This document shows, piece after piece, positions 19,881 to 28,933 of a DNA stretch of 32,000 bases. A program made the translations under genes and the position numbers. The DNA comes from Bryobacterales bacterium (GTDB lineage Bacteria > Acidobacteriota > Terriglobia > Bryobacterales > UBA6623), in contig CBDCOC010000001.1 in the NCBI GenBank assembly GCA_965219605.1, positions 1,001,325 to 1,033,324 on the forward strand. The letters are read 5' to 3'. The notes below the pieces were generated by a model. It was not told the origin of the DNA. It saw nothing but the letters and a program-made list of their open reading frames with translations, and searched no databases. Positions within the stretch are counted from its first letter, which is position 1, and each line of letters starts with the position of its first letter.

Positions 19881-20096
19881 CGCAGGGGTTCGATGCGGCG
19901 CAGCAGCGCCATGCGTGCAAGCTGGGGAGATTCGCGACGTCGAGCGCGGAGCTTTCGCAGGCGGGCGAACTCCCATTGTCCGAATGAATTAGGGATTCCT
20001 ATCTTCCGCCAGCGGTGGGAGCAGACTGATGTTAATAGCCTGGCAGGCAGAGAAGCAAGCTCCCTGCCCGGCAGGACAGAACCATGGAGGCAAGAC

Positions 20097-21884
20097 ATGA
20101 AAAGCGCCATTGCAGCCCTTCCGGCCGAAGATCGAGTCGAGCGAGAGCTGCCTGACTATCTGCAAGCACGAAACGTGAGTGAGTTCGCATACTGCCCGCG
20201 CCTGTTCTTCTATCAGCAGGTGGTGGGGGTGTTCGCGCACAATGAGCACACCGTAGAGGGCGCGGCGCAGCACAAGCGCGTTGACAAGGAAAGCAAGGGG
20301 GCACCCTCGCCAGAGGAGGAGACAGAGGAGCCGGTCGTTGCGACTTCGATTACGCTGTCCTCCGACGAGTACCGCGTGATCGCCAAGCTGGACCTGGCTG
20401 AGTTCAGCAATGGCCGTGCCATTCCAATCGAGTACAAGAAAGGCCGGCCGATGCGGACCGACAGCGGTCTGCTGGCCTGGCCCGCAGACCGCGTGCAGCT
20501 TGCGCTGCAAGCCATTGTGCTGCGGGACAACGGGTACGAGTGCGATGAGGGGATTCTGTACTACCGGCAGACCAAGCAGCGAGTCCGTCTGAAATTGGAC
20601 AAGCAGTTGATGCAGGAAGGCGAGAAAGCGATTGCCGGAGCCTGGGCGGCGGTCGTAGCCGACGAACTGCCCCCGCCGTTGGTGGACTCTCCGAAGTGCC
20701 CGGGATGCTCGCTCGTGGGGATATGCTTGCCAGACGAGACCCGGCAGCTGGCCAATGCGATCGGCGGCAAGCTGCCACCGCAGTGCGGCTTATTCGACGA
20801 GCCGCAACTGAATGCCAAGAAGGGTCTGGGAATTGAGACTCGCCTGCTGGTCACGCCTCGCGTCGAGTCCAAACCACTCTATCTCAACACCCAAGGGCTG
20901 CGGGTCGGTAAATCCGGAGGGGTACTCAAGATCAAGGAGCAAGCGCAGGTCATCCAAGAAGCACGCGTCAACGACATTTGCCAGGTGAACTTGATGGGCA
21001 ATATCCAAATCACCACGCAAGCGGTCCAAAACCTCTGCGATGCGGGTGTGCCGATTTGCTACTTCTCGGCAGGCGGATGGTTCTACGGCATCACTACTGG
21101 GATGAACACGAAGAACGTGTTGCTGCGCAAGTCTCAGTTCGTGCTGGCCGATCAAGATTGGTTCTGCCTGCGCCTTGCTAAGTCGCTTGTCGCAGGAAAG
21201 ATCCGGAATCAGCGAACAATGCTGCTTCGCAATCACGCAGAGCCAGCGCCGGCGGATCTACGCGAGATGAAGCGGATCGCTGGCAAAGCAGACACGGCAC
21301 AGGGGTTCGAGGAACTCTTGGGGCTGGAGGGCTACGGTGCGCGGCTCTACTTCGGGGGATTCTCCGGCATGATCAAGCGCAACGGCGAACCCGGGGAAGA
21401 TGCGTCAGAAATCACCTTCCACTTTAGCGCTCGTAACCGGCGCCCGCCATGGGACGCGGTCAACGCCCTGCTGTCCTACGGGTATAGTTTGCTGGCCAAG
21501 GACGCTGCGGTAGCCTGTTACGCAGTTGGCTTCGATCCGATGGTCGGATTCTTCCACCAGCTTCGGCACGGCCGCCCGGCGCTTGCGTTGGACCTCATGG
21601 AGCCGTTCCGGCCCTTGATCGTTGACTCGGCGGTGCTGACCGCAATCAACACTGGGATGGTCACTTCGAATGACTTCGTGTCGGCGGGCAGGGCCGTATC
21701 GATGACGGCCAAAGGGCGCAAGGCGTTCCTGCGAGCGTACGAGGGTAGGATGGACACGCTGGTCACGCACCCGCTGTTCGACTACAGAGTGACGTACCGG
21801 CGGCTACTCGAGATCCAAGCGCGATTGCTGGGCAAGGTGATCGAGGGTGACGTGAGCGAGTACCCGGTATTCGTGACTCGCTGA
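20097..21884 (+). CDS. cas4-cas1: Cas4-Cas1 fusion protein
   Basis: The N-terminal Cas4/RecB-like nuclease has EFAYCPRLFFYQ (first Fe-S Cys), D...IEYKKG and the C-terminal CPGCSLVGIC cysteines. The Cas1 part has LYLNTQGLRVGKSGGVLKIKE, LGLEGYGARLYF, NRRPPWDAVNALLSYGYSLL and GFFHQLRHGRPALALDLMEPFRPLIVDS. ATG at 20097 is preceded by GGAGG; the track start at 19893 adds an Arg-rich, unlikely extension. Confidence 0.9.
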   Translation: MKSAIAALPAEDRVERELPDYLQARNVSEFAYCPRLFFYQQVVGVFAHNEHTVEGAAQHKRVDKESKGAPSPEEETEEPVVATSITLSSDEYRVIAKLDLAEFSNGRAIPIEYKKGRPMRTDSGLLAWPADRVQLALQAIVLRDNGYECDEGILYYRQTKQRVRLKLDKQLMQEGEKAIAGAWAAVVADELPPPLVDSPKCPGCSLVGICLPDETRQLANAIGGKLPPQCGLFDEPQLNAKKGLGIETRLLVTPRVESKPLYLNTQGLRVGKSGGVLKIKEQAQVIQEARVNDICQVNLMGNIQITTQAVQNLCDAGVPICYFSAGGWFYGITTGMNTKNVLLRKSQFVLADQDWFCLRLAKSLVAGKIRNQRTMLLRNHAEPAPADLREMKRIAGKADTAQGFEELLGLEGYGARLYFGGFSGMIKRNGEPGEDASEITFHFSARNRRPPWDAVNALLSYGYSLLAKDAAVACYAVGFDPMVGFFHQLRHGRPALALDLMEPFRPLIVDSAVLTAINTGMVTSNDFVSAGRAVSMTAKGRKAFLRAYEGRMDTLVTHPLFDYRVTYRRLLEIQARLLGKVIEGDVSEYPVFVTR

Positions 21885-22068
21885 TGACTGCGAGCGGTGA
21901 GGTCCTGGCGAAAACCCCTTGACCGCTCGCAACGGAGCATGTATAATGAGGTCAATGGGTTACGAGGATGAATTCGTCGTCAGGCACGGCGAGTTGTGGT
22001 ATGATTGAGCTGGTGCTCGAAAAGACCACCTTAGGTCCTTGAAATTCAAAGACTTGGAAATGAAGGCC
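21885..22068 (+). promoter_or_regulatory. CRISPR leader
   Basis: Relatively AT-rich non-coding stretch between the cas1 stop and the first intact repeat. The degenerate terminal repeat lies at the opposite end of the array. Confidence 0.6.
21919..21947 (+). promoter_or_regulatory. candidate pre-crRNA promoter (TTGACC-N17-TATAAT)
   Basis: TTGACC at 21919-21924, a 17-nt spacer, and a perfect TATAAT at 21942-21947, about 120 nt upstream of repeat 1. Its orientation matches the repeat polarity (repeats end in ATTGAAGC). Confidence 0.5.
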
Positions 22069-25000
22069 CCTTCCGCGATCTATTGATCGCGGCCTCATTG
22101 AAGCAGCAGGCCTCGCGACTGGGCGTACTGCTCGCCCCGCCCTTCCGCGATCTATTGATCGCGGCCTCATTGAAGCAATGAGCTCTCCGCAATGGGTCAC
22201 GTGGCGGCGCTGGACCCTTCCGCGATCTATTGATCGCGGCCTCATTGAAGCAGGGCGATAGGCTTCTGACGCGCTCCCACGCCCGTCCCCTTCCGCGATC
22301 TATTGATCGCGGCCTCATTGAAGCGACCGTCCGAACGACACCTATGGGGTGATTTACGACCCCCTTCCGCGATCTATTGATCGCGGCCTCATTGAAGCAT
22401 GTTGGTCTCCTTTTCTTGGCAGGCTCGACTCGCCCCCTTCCGCGATCTATTGATCGCGGCCTCATTGAAGCCCCGCATGAGGTCGATCTGCCCGCGAAAG
22501 GCACACGCCCTTCCGCGATCTATTGATCGCGGCCTCATTGAAGCAGACAGACCAGGTCCCAGATCTTGGGCTCACCCTGCGCCCTTCCGCGATCTATTGA
22601 TCGCGGCCTCATTGAAGCGCGCACGGCGGTAGGCACTACGACACAATTGTCACCCTTCCGCGATCTATTGATCGCGGCCTCATTGAAGCCGCTTCGAGCA
22701 GCGGTGCAGCTGGAAGGTGGCCTCGCCCCTTCCGCGATCTATTGATCGCGGCCTCATTGAAGCCGGCCCCCCGTCCCTAATCCGGCCAGGCGCAAGCGCC
22801 CCCTTCCGCGATCTATTGATCGCGGCCTCATTGAAGCATCATGTTGGTCTCCTCTCCTTTTCTTGGCAGGCTCCCCTTCCGCGATCTATTGATCGCGGCC
22901 TCATTGAAGCCCGACGGTGACGCCGACGTGGTTGTCGGCCGAGTTCCCTTCCGCGATCTATTGATCGCGGCCTCATTGAAGCTGTGTTGGTCATTTCGCT
23001 GGTCGTGTGGTAGGTCATGTTCCCTTCCGCGATCTATTGATCGCGGCCTCATTGAAGCGCCACGCCAGATGCTGGGTCGTAAACGAGGCCCCAGGCCCTT
23101 CCGCGATCTATTGATCGCGGCCTCATTGAAGCCAAATCTCGGGCTCACCCTTCGGCTCCTCTACCTCCCCCTTCCGCGATCTATTGATCGCGGCCTCATT
23201 GAAGCGCTGTGGATTCGCTCGGCTGGGCGTATGTGGAGGTCGCCCTTCCGCGATCTATTGATCGCGGCCTCATTGAAGCACGACGGCTATTTTGGCAATG
23301 CGCAGCTGGTTCGGCCCCCTTCCGCGATCTATTGATCGCGGCCTCATTGAAGCATAATAAACGGCGTAAGCCCGGCGGAGCCCTTGCCCCCTTCCGCGAT
23401 CTATTGATCGCGGCCTCATTGAAGCTGCGGGTATTGAGAGTCCCATTCCGCAATCTCGGCCTCCCTTCCGCGATCTATTGATCGCGGCCTCATTGAAGCA
23501 TTGCGTCCCACTCGCCGGGCATGGCCAGCTTCGCCACCCTTCCGCGATCTATTGATCGCGGCCTCATTGAAGCGCGGCGGCCAGGGCCGCCCCCGCCGCG
23601 CGGCTCGCGCCCTTCCGCGATCTATTGATCGCGGCCTCATTGAAGCGAGCTGGATTACATAGGCTGGGCGCATGTAAACGCCCCCTTCCGCGATCTATTG
23701 ATCGCGGCCTCATTGAAGCGACCCAGATACGGGCGAGACGGAGTTGGCCAGGCCCGCCCTTCCGCGATCTATTGATCGCGGCCTCATTGAAGCGCGGGCC
23801 GTCGGCGTGAATGTGTCGTTGGCGTTCGACCCTTCCGCGATCTATTGATCGCGGCCTCATTGAAGCGGCGTATGTGAAGGAGGACAACATGACCAACAAC
23901 ACCCTTCCGCGATCTATTGATCGCGGCCTCATTGAAGCTGACCTGCTGTCTCTGCTCCCCATCTGGCCCGGGCTTCCCTTCCGCGATCTATTGATCGCGG
24001 CCTCATTGAAGCGGTGCGACGAGCTGCGCGCCGACCCGCTGCCGCCAGCCTTCCGCGATCTATTGATCGCGGCCTCATTGAAGCAATTTGGCCTGGGGCG
24101 ACTGGGCCTATGTCGAGGTCGAGCCCTTCCGCGATCTATTGATCGCGGCCTCATTGAAGCATGACGTGCTCGCCGGCCTTGGCCGCGTCGTGCTCCCCCT
24201 TCCGCGATCTATTGATCGCGGCCTCATTGAAGCGACGGAGCTTCTGTCCGCCAAGATCTGCAACGGCGAGCCCTTCCGCGATCTATTGATCGCGGCCTCA
24301 TTGAAGCAGCAGCGCGTGCATCTCTGCCGGCCGGTTGGCTATCGGCCCTTCCGCGATCTATTGATCGCGGCCTCATTGAAGCAGCCGCCGCACCATCACG
24401 GACTCGCGAAGGATGCCTCCCTTCCGCGATCTATTGATCGCGGCCTCATTGAAGCCGTGATTGCCTGGGTAGGCCATATCGGACTCCAGGGCCCTTCCGC
24501 GATCTATTGATCGCGGCCTCATTGAAGCCTCGCGCGGCTGCCGTGGAAATTCACCCGCGGAGGCGCCCTTCCGCGATCTATTGATCGCGGCCTCATTGAA
24601 GCAGCGAAGCCGGGCACACGACCAGGATGCGCCGCACGCCCCTTCCGCGATCTATTGATCGCGGCCTCATTGAAGCATAGGGCGGCGTGTCCAATTCTTG
24701 GATCAGTTTCTCCCCTTCCGCGATCTATTGATCGCGGCCTCATTGAAGCGAGGTGGACTCGAGCGGCTGGGCCTATGTGGACGTCGACCTTCCGCGATCT
24801 ATTGATCGCGGCCTCATTGAAGCCGCACATTTTTGCCTCCTTTTCTGCTCTGCTGGCTCCCCTTCCGCGATCTATTGATCGCGGCCTCATTGAAGCAAAC
24901 TCGGCCTACCCAATCTCTCACGTACGTGACCCCCCTTCCGCGATCTATTGATCGCGGCCTCATTGAAGCCACACCATGCCATCGGTGTCGCAGATGGTCT

Positions 25001-25773
25001 CGCGCTCCCTTCCGCGATCTATTGATCGCGGCCTCATTGAAGCCAGGCCGCCGTGGCGCACATGCAAGGCTCGCCGCTCCCTTCCGCGATCTATTGATCG
25101 CGGCCTCATTGAAGCACGCCCCTGCCAAGCCACCTCGCGAATCGCTTGAACCCTTCCGCGATCTATTGATCGCGGCCTCATTGAAGCATGATGCCCATGG
25201 CGAACTCGCATTGCTTCCGGTCGACCCTTCCGCGATCTATTGATCGCGGCCTCATTGAAGCATGAGCAGCACCAAGGTGGCAGCGCTGCCGCGCCTGCCT
25301 TCCGCGATCTATTGATCGCGGCCTCATTGAAGCGTCGGCAATATCCAAGCGGCGGGCGTGGGCCTGACGCTCCCTTCCGCGATCTATTGATCGCGGCCTC
25401 ATTGAAGCGAGAATCTCCCACAGCGTCTTGCCGACCGGCCGCAGGCCCTTCCGCGATCTATTGATCGCGGCCTCATTGAAGCACCGATCTGATGTACGGC
25501 ATGAAGCCGTACCCTGAGCCCTTCCGCGATCTATTGATCGCGGCCTCATTGAAGCCCGATCATGGGCGCCATCTCGAACATGTCGTTCATCCCTTCCGCG
25601 ATCTATTGATCGCGGCCTCATTGAAGCCGCGATCCACGGGGCTTGGTCGTCCATCATGTCGAGCATCCCTTCCGCGATCTATTGATCGCGGCCTCATTGA
25701 AGCGTACTCCATGTCTGTGATCTCTGCCGCCAACTCGGCCCCTTCCGCGATCTATTGATCGCGGCCTCATTGA
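22069..25773 (+). CRISPR. CRISPR array, leader-proximal block: repeats 1-51 (repeat 51 truncated by an IS), 50 spacers
   Basis: I counted 51 copies of the 36-nt repeat CCTTCCGCGATCTATTGATCGCGGCCTCATTGAAGC, usually preceded by an extra C. The repeat has an internal 8-bp palindrome CCGCGATC-TATT-GATCGCGG. The period is about 73 bp and the unique spacers are about 35-40 nt. Repeat 51 (25740-25773) stops at ...CATTGAA. Confidence 0.97.
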
Positions 25774-25846
25774 ACACGGATTTTCATTATCGAAATAGCA
25801 ACCTAATTTTAGGCGGGGATTGGCATGCCGGGCAAGCTGCTCGGAA

Positions 25847-27592
25847 TCAGGAGCGGGAAGCTCCTTGGAAAACGATTTGGCGATTGCCGAGCCAGGGGAT
25901 AGGCGGGCTGCCGACCGCCTGCAGAGCGTGGAGCAGAGCGGGCAGGTCGCGTTTCTTCTTGAGCGCCACGGTACAGCGCTCGGGGGTGAGGGTAATGTCG
26001 GCGCCGTTGGCCAACAGGCGCTCGTAGAGCGAGCGCGGAGTGAGGCGCTGGTAGCCGGGCGGCAGGTCGCGGGCGAGCAGGCGCAGCAGGTTGTAAGCCA
26101 GCACGGTCATGGCGAGGTCGAAATCGACTTTGATGACCATGGCAGAGGAGAGGCGGTTGAGGTGGAAGAAGGCGAGTTGCTCGGAGATCGACTGCTCGAC
26201 CAGCCAGCGGCGGGCGTAGCGACGCAGGATGGCAGAGACCGAGGAGTCGAAGTCGTTGGTGAGCAGTAGCACGGGGCGGCGTTGGCTGCCGCGCAGGATG
26301 GTGATCTGGCGGATCTGGCCGCAACCGCGCAGGGAGACGGTTTGGTCGTGGGCGGAGACTAGGCGGGTGGCCTGGGCGGTGGGCACGCGCACGCTGCGCC
26401 AGGCATCTTTGGGCAGGGCATGGGCCTTGGCGATCAGCGCCTGGCCGCGGCGGCGGACGGTGACGAAGCGGATGTCCTCGCGGTCAAGGCGGGCCAGTTG
26501 GGCGTAGGTGGTGAAGCGCGAATCGAAGACGAGGTAGCGTAGTTGGGGGCCGTGGCGGCGGGAGAAGTCGAGGAATTCGAGGACCGTCTCGTGCTGGTTG
26601 GCGGAGCGGCTGTCAGCGTTGGACTGTAGCAGCAAGCCGGAATCGGGATCTTGGGCGAGGACGGCAGAAATGCTGCGCAGGGAACGCCCGCGCGTGCCGG
26701 ACCAGTGGTTTTCCAAGGTGGCGTCGTCGCCCCAGTGCGGCAGGGTGGTGAAGTCGAGGTTGGCGCTGTCGCCGAGCAGGCCCTGGTCGTGCCAAATGCT
26801 GGCCAGCGCGCCCAGCAGGCGCTGGTGCATGGCGCACGTGGTGCGGTCGGCATAGGAGGACAGCGAAGCGGTCTTGGGCAGCACGTTGAGCCCGGCAAAC
26901 AGGCCCGGGCCGCGATCCATGCACCACAGGTCGTCGGCGCTGTAGCGGCGCACGTCGGAGAGCTTGAGAGCGACGAAGGCCAGCACGGACTGCAGCGCCG
27001 GCAAGCAGCTGGTGCCCGGGTAGCCGGCCTGCGCGATGGCGCTGTCGAGGCCGTAGTGGCGGATCCAAGGCAGCAGGCAGAGCAGGCCGGCGGCCCGCTC
27101 GGACTGGAATGTCTCGCTGGCCTGCGGGTCGAGCAGGACGCTTTGCGCAGCGCGCAGGCGCGGGCTGGAACTGGCGGCCCGCTCGGCGCGGCTGCGGCGC
27201 GGCAGGCGCGCGAAGCCTTCCTCACGCAGGATGTTGCCGATCCGGCGCAGGCTGGGAGCGCCGCCGTCGGCGGCGTCGAGGCGGGCCTTGATATCGGGGA
27301 CCGACAGGTTGGCCTTGCGCAGTTCGATGACGCGTTGGCGCAAGTCGTCCGCAGGCGGCTGGCTGGGGGGGCGGCCGGGCACGGCGGGGGGGCGGAAGAA
27401 GAAGGCGGCTGGGTCGGCGAGGCGGCGGAAGTCGCGGGTGATGGCATAGACCGAACCGACGGCGTAGCCGAAGCGGCGGGCGACGGCTTCGGCCGTGAGG
27501 CCTTCGAGGAAAAAAGCGCGCAGGACTTCGTAGCGGCGCTGGAGCGGATTGTGCGGCTCAGCGAAGAAGGAAGCTGGCGAATCGGGAGGCAT
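25847..27592 (-). CDS. DDE-type transposase (IS4-superfamily-like; exact IS family not resolved, IS1634-like is a guess)
   Basis: 581 aa. N-terminal HTH-like region LTAEAVARRFGYAVGSVYAITRDF. The C-terminal Y-x2-R-x3-E signature YARRWLVEQSISE is typical of IS4-like DDE transposases. It occupies the body of an element with inverted repeats and a target duplication. Confidence 0.8.
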   Translation of the reverse strand: MPPDSPASFFAEPHNPLQRRYEVLRAFFLEGLTAEAVARRFGYAVGSVYAITRDFRRLADPAAFFFRPPAVPGRPPSQPPADDLRQRVIELRKANLSVPDIKARLDAADGGAPSLRRIGNILREEGFARLPRRSRAERAASSSPRLRAAQSVLLDPQASETFQSERAAGLLCLLPWIRHYGLDSAIAQAGYPGTSCLPALQSVLAFVALKLSDVRRYSADDLWCMDRGPGLFAGLNVLPKTASLSSYADRTTCAMHQRLLGALASIWHDQGLLGDSANLDFTTLPHWGDDATLENHWSGTRGRSLRSISAVLAQDPDSGLLLQSNADSRSANQHETVLEFLDFSRRHGPQLRYLVFDSRFTTYAQLARLDREDIRFVTVRRRGQALIAKAHALPKDAWRSVRVPTAQATRLVSAHDQTVSLRGCGQIRQITILRGSQRRPVLLLTNDFDSSVSAILRRYARRWLVEQSISEQLAFFHLNRLSSAMVIKVDFDLAMTVLAYNLLRLLARDLPPGYQRLTPRSLYERLLANGADITLTPERCTVALKKKRDLPALLHALQAVGSPPIPWLGNRQIVFQGASRS

Positions 27593-27611
27593 GGGAGCAG
27601 CTTTGATTAGG

Positions 27612-27641
27612 TATTATATCGATAATGATAAGAATTAATCA
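27612..27641 (-). promoter_or_regulatory. candidate transposase promoter (minus strand TTGATT-N18-TATAAT)
   Basis: Reverse complement of 27612-27641 reads TTGATT aattcttatcattatcga TATAAT, about 20 nt upstream of the transposase ATG. Confidence 0.3.
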
Positions 27642-27924
27642 AGTCACATAAAACAGATCCGGGAGGAGCGGATCGAACGACGGAAAGCCTTTGGAATCAA
27701 GGGCTTGCGGGAAAATCGCAGCCCTGTGGCACTTGCGGCGGCCTGTTCTGGGTTCGGCCGAATCACCGCTCCAGCTAGGGGAAGACCGATCTGGAGCTAG
27801 TGGGCAAAAAGTTCAAAGAAGTCCCAAATAACTGAATTTAAATCAGTTAGTCTCGCATTTGACACACTGATACCTGATTGTGCGGGTTGAAAATTAGGGG
27901 TCTAATTGGAAATGAAAATCGGTG

Positions 27925-28742
27925 TTGAAGCTAAAGCAGCTAGAGAGAGAGTGGCAGAAGACAAGCCCCCTTCCGCGATCTATTGATCGCGGCCTCATTG
28001 AAGCCATTGCATTGCTACCGCGTCAGGATTCCGTTACATGAATCGAAGTTGTTGATATAGATGAACTTGTATTCAATATACTGTGCCATTTTCCGGGTGC
28101 CAAATGACGTTTGGCCTTTGATTCCGGCGGATTTCCCTTGTCTGGCACTGGTTCTGCCCCCTACAGGTGTCACAGTATAGATACCTTGCCTGATCCAGAG
28201 AAACACTAGGACGCATGGTTGTGCGTTCGCCTGACTTGCTACTCCCGCTGCTGGTCTCCCCGACACCGGTCACGCTTGCACAACCGCAGCAGGCCCTCGG
28301 CCAGCCCTCGCGGCGCACCACCTTCCGCTACCTGCGTCCAGTCCCTTACCTGCCCAGCTACAACCACAACGGCCGCTTCTATACCGCCCGCGCCCCCGAC
28401 CGCTTCGCTCGCTGGCCGCCACCGTGCAGCGTTTGCCCGGCGCATCCGCCAAGGACCGGCCGCCGCGTACAACTCGGCCCCCGCCAACTAGAATTCCAGA
28501 TTCCTAACGGAATTCTGACGCGGTAGTTGCATTGCTCTCCTCACTGCTCCCAGCGGGTCCCCTTCCGCGATCTATTGATCGCGGCCTCATTGAAGCTCTT
28601 TCTGTGTGAATGTTGAATCGGCCCGCGGTAGGCCCTTCCGCGATCTATTGATCGCGGCCTCATTGAAGCCACAGCTGCCTGGTGTGGCTGATAGCTCGGC
28701 TGGATCCCTTCCGCGATCTATTGATCGCGGCCTCATTCCCCA
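27925..28742 (+). CRISPR. CRISPR array, distal block: 3' remainder of repeat 51, repeats 52-55, spacers 51-54 (spacer 52 interrupted by a 512-bp element)
   Basis: TTGAAGC at 27925-27931. Full repeats at 27969-28004, 28561-28596 and 28634-28669. The terminal repeat at 28707-28742 is degenerate (ends ...CCTCATTCCCCA instead of ...CCTCATTGAAGC), as expected for the trailer end. Confidence 0.95.
28015..28526. mobile_element. MITE-like non-autonomous element, 512 bp, with 22-bp terminal inverted repeats and an 8-bp target duplication
   Basis: IR-L is CTACCGCGTCAGGATTCCGTTA (28015-28036). IR-R is TAACGGAATTCTGACGCGGTAG (28505-28526), matching at 21 of 22 positions. Direct repeats of TTGCATTG lie at 28007-28014 and 28527-28534. 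Removing the element and one duplicate leaves a normal 36-nt spacer. It is too short for a transposase. Confidence 0.8.
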
Positions 28743-28933
28743 TCTTGTGCCTGTCCAGATTGAGATGCAAACCATCCTCTCCTGCTTCTCATATCCCCTT
28801 TTATGTTGGAATAGTGCCCAGACGAGGAATGGCCGCCACTCTTGTGGACCCTCTGCCAGCATGGTCGCAACTGGCGCTAGCCAGCGCTGCGATAACTCAC
28901 AGTTTCCTGCCCGCCGCAGTGCAGGCAGGAGTG

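Larger units (their letters stand above)
25774..27924 (-). mobile_element. Insertion sequence, 2151 bp, with imperfect terminal inverted repeats of about 35 bp and a 5-bp target duplication (TTGAA), inserted in CRISPR repeat 51
   Basis: Left end is CACGGATTTTCATTATCGAAATAGCAACCTAATTTTAGG. The reverse complement of the right end is CACCGATTTTCATTTCCAATTAGACCCCTAATTTTCAAC. TTGAA is present at 25769-25773 and again at 27925-27929, followed by GC, which completes the repeat. It has a single large transposase ORF. Confidence 0.85.

Noticed and set aside
19893-20096. Upstream extension of the cas4-cas1 ORF
   Set aside because: The extension is Arg/Ser-rich (MRRSSAMRASWGDSRRRARSFRRR...). The ATG at 20097 has a GGAGG ribosome-binding site and the Cas4 homology starts just after it.
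21952-25758. Many ORFs on both strands with reiterated peptides (SMRPRSIDRGR, FNEAAINRSRKG, PFRDLLIAASLK, LPRSIDRGLIEA)
   Set aside because: These are translations of the CRISPR repeat in different frames linked by spacers. They are not genes.
26434-27610. ORFs 26651-27610 (+) and 26434-27447 (-, alternative frame) inside the IS
   Set aside because: They overlap the 581-aa transposase frame, which carries the HTH and Y-R-E signatures. The alternatives are Ala/Pro/Arg-rich.
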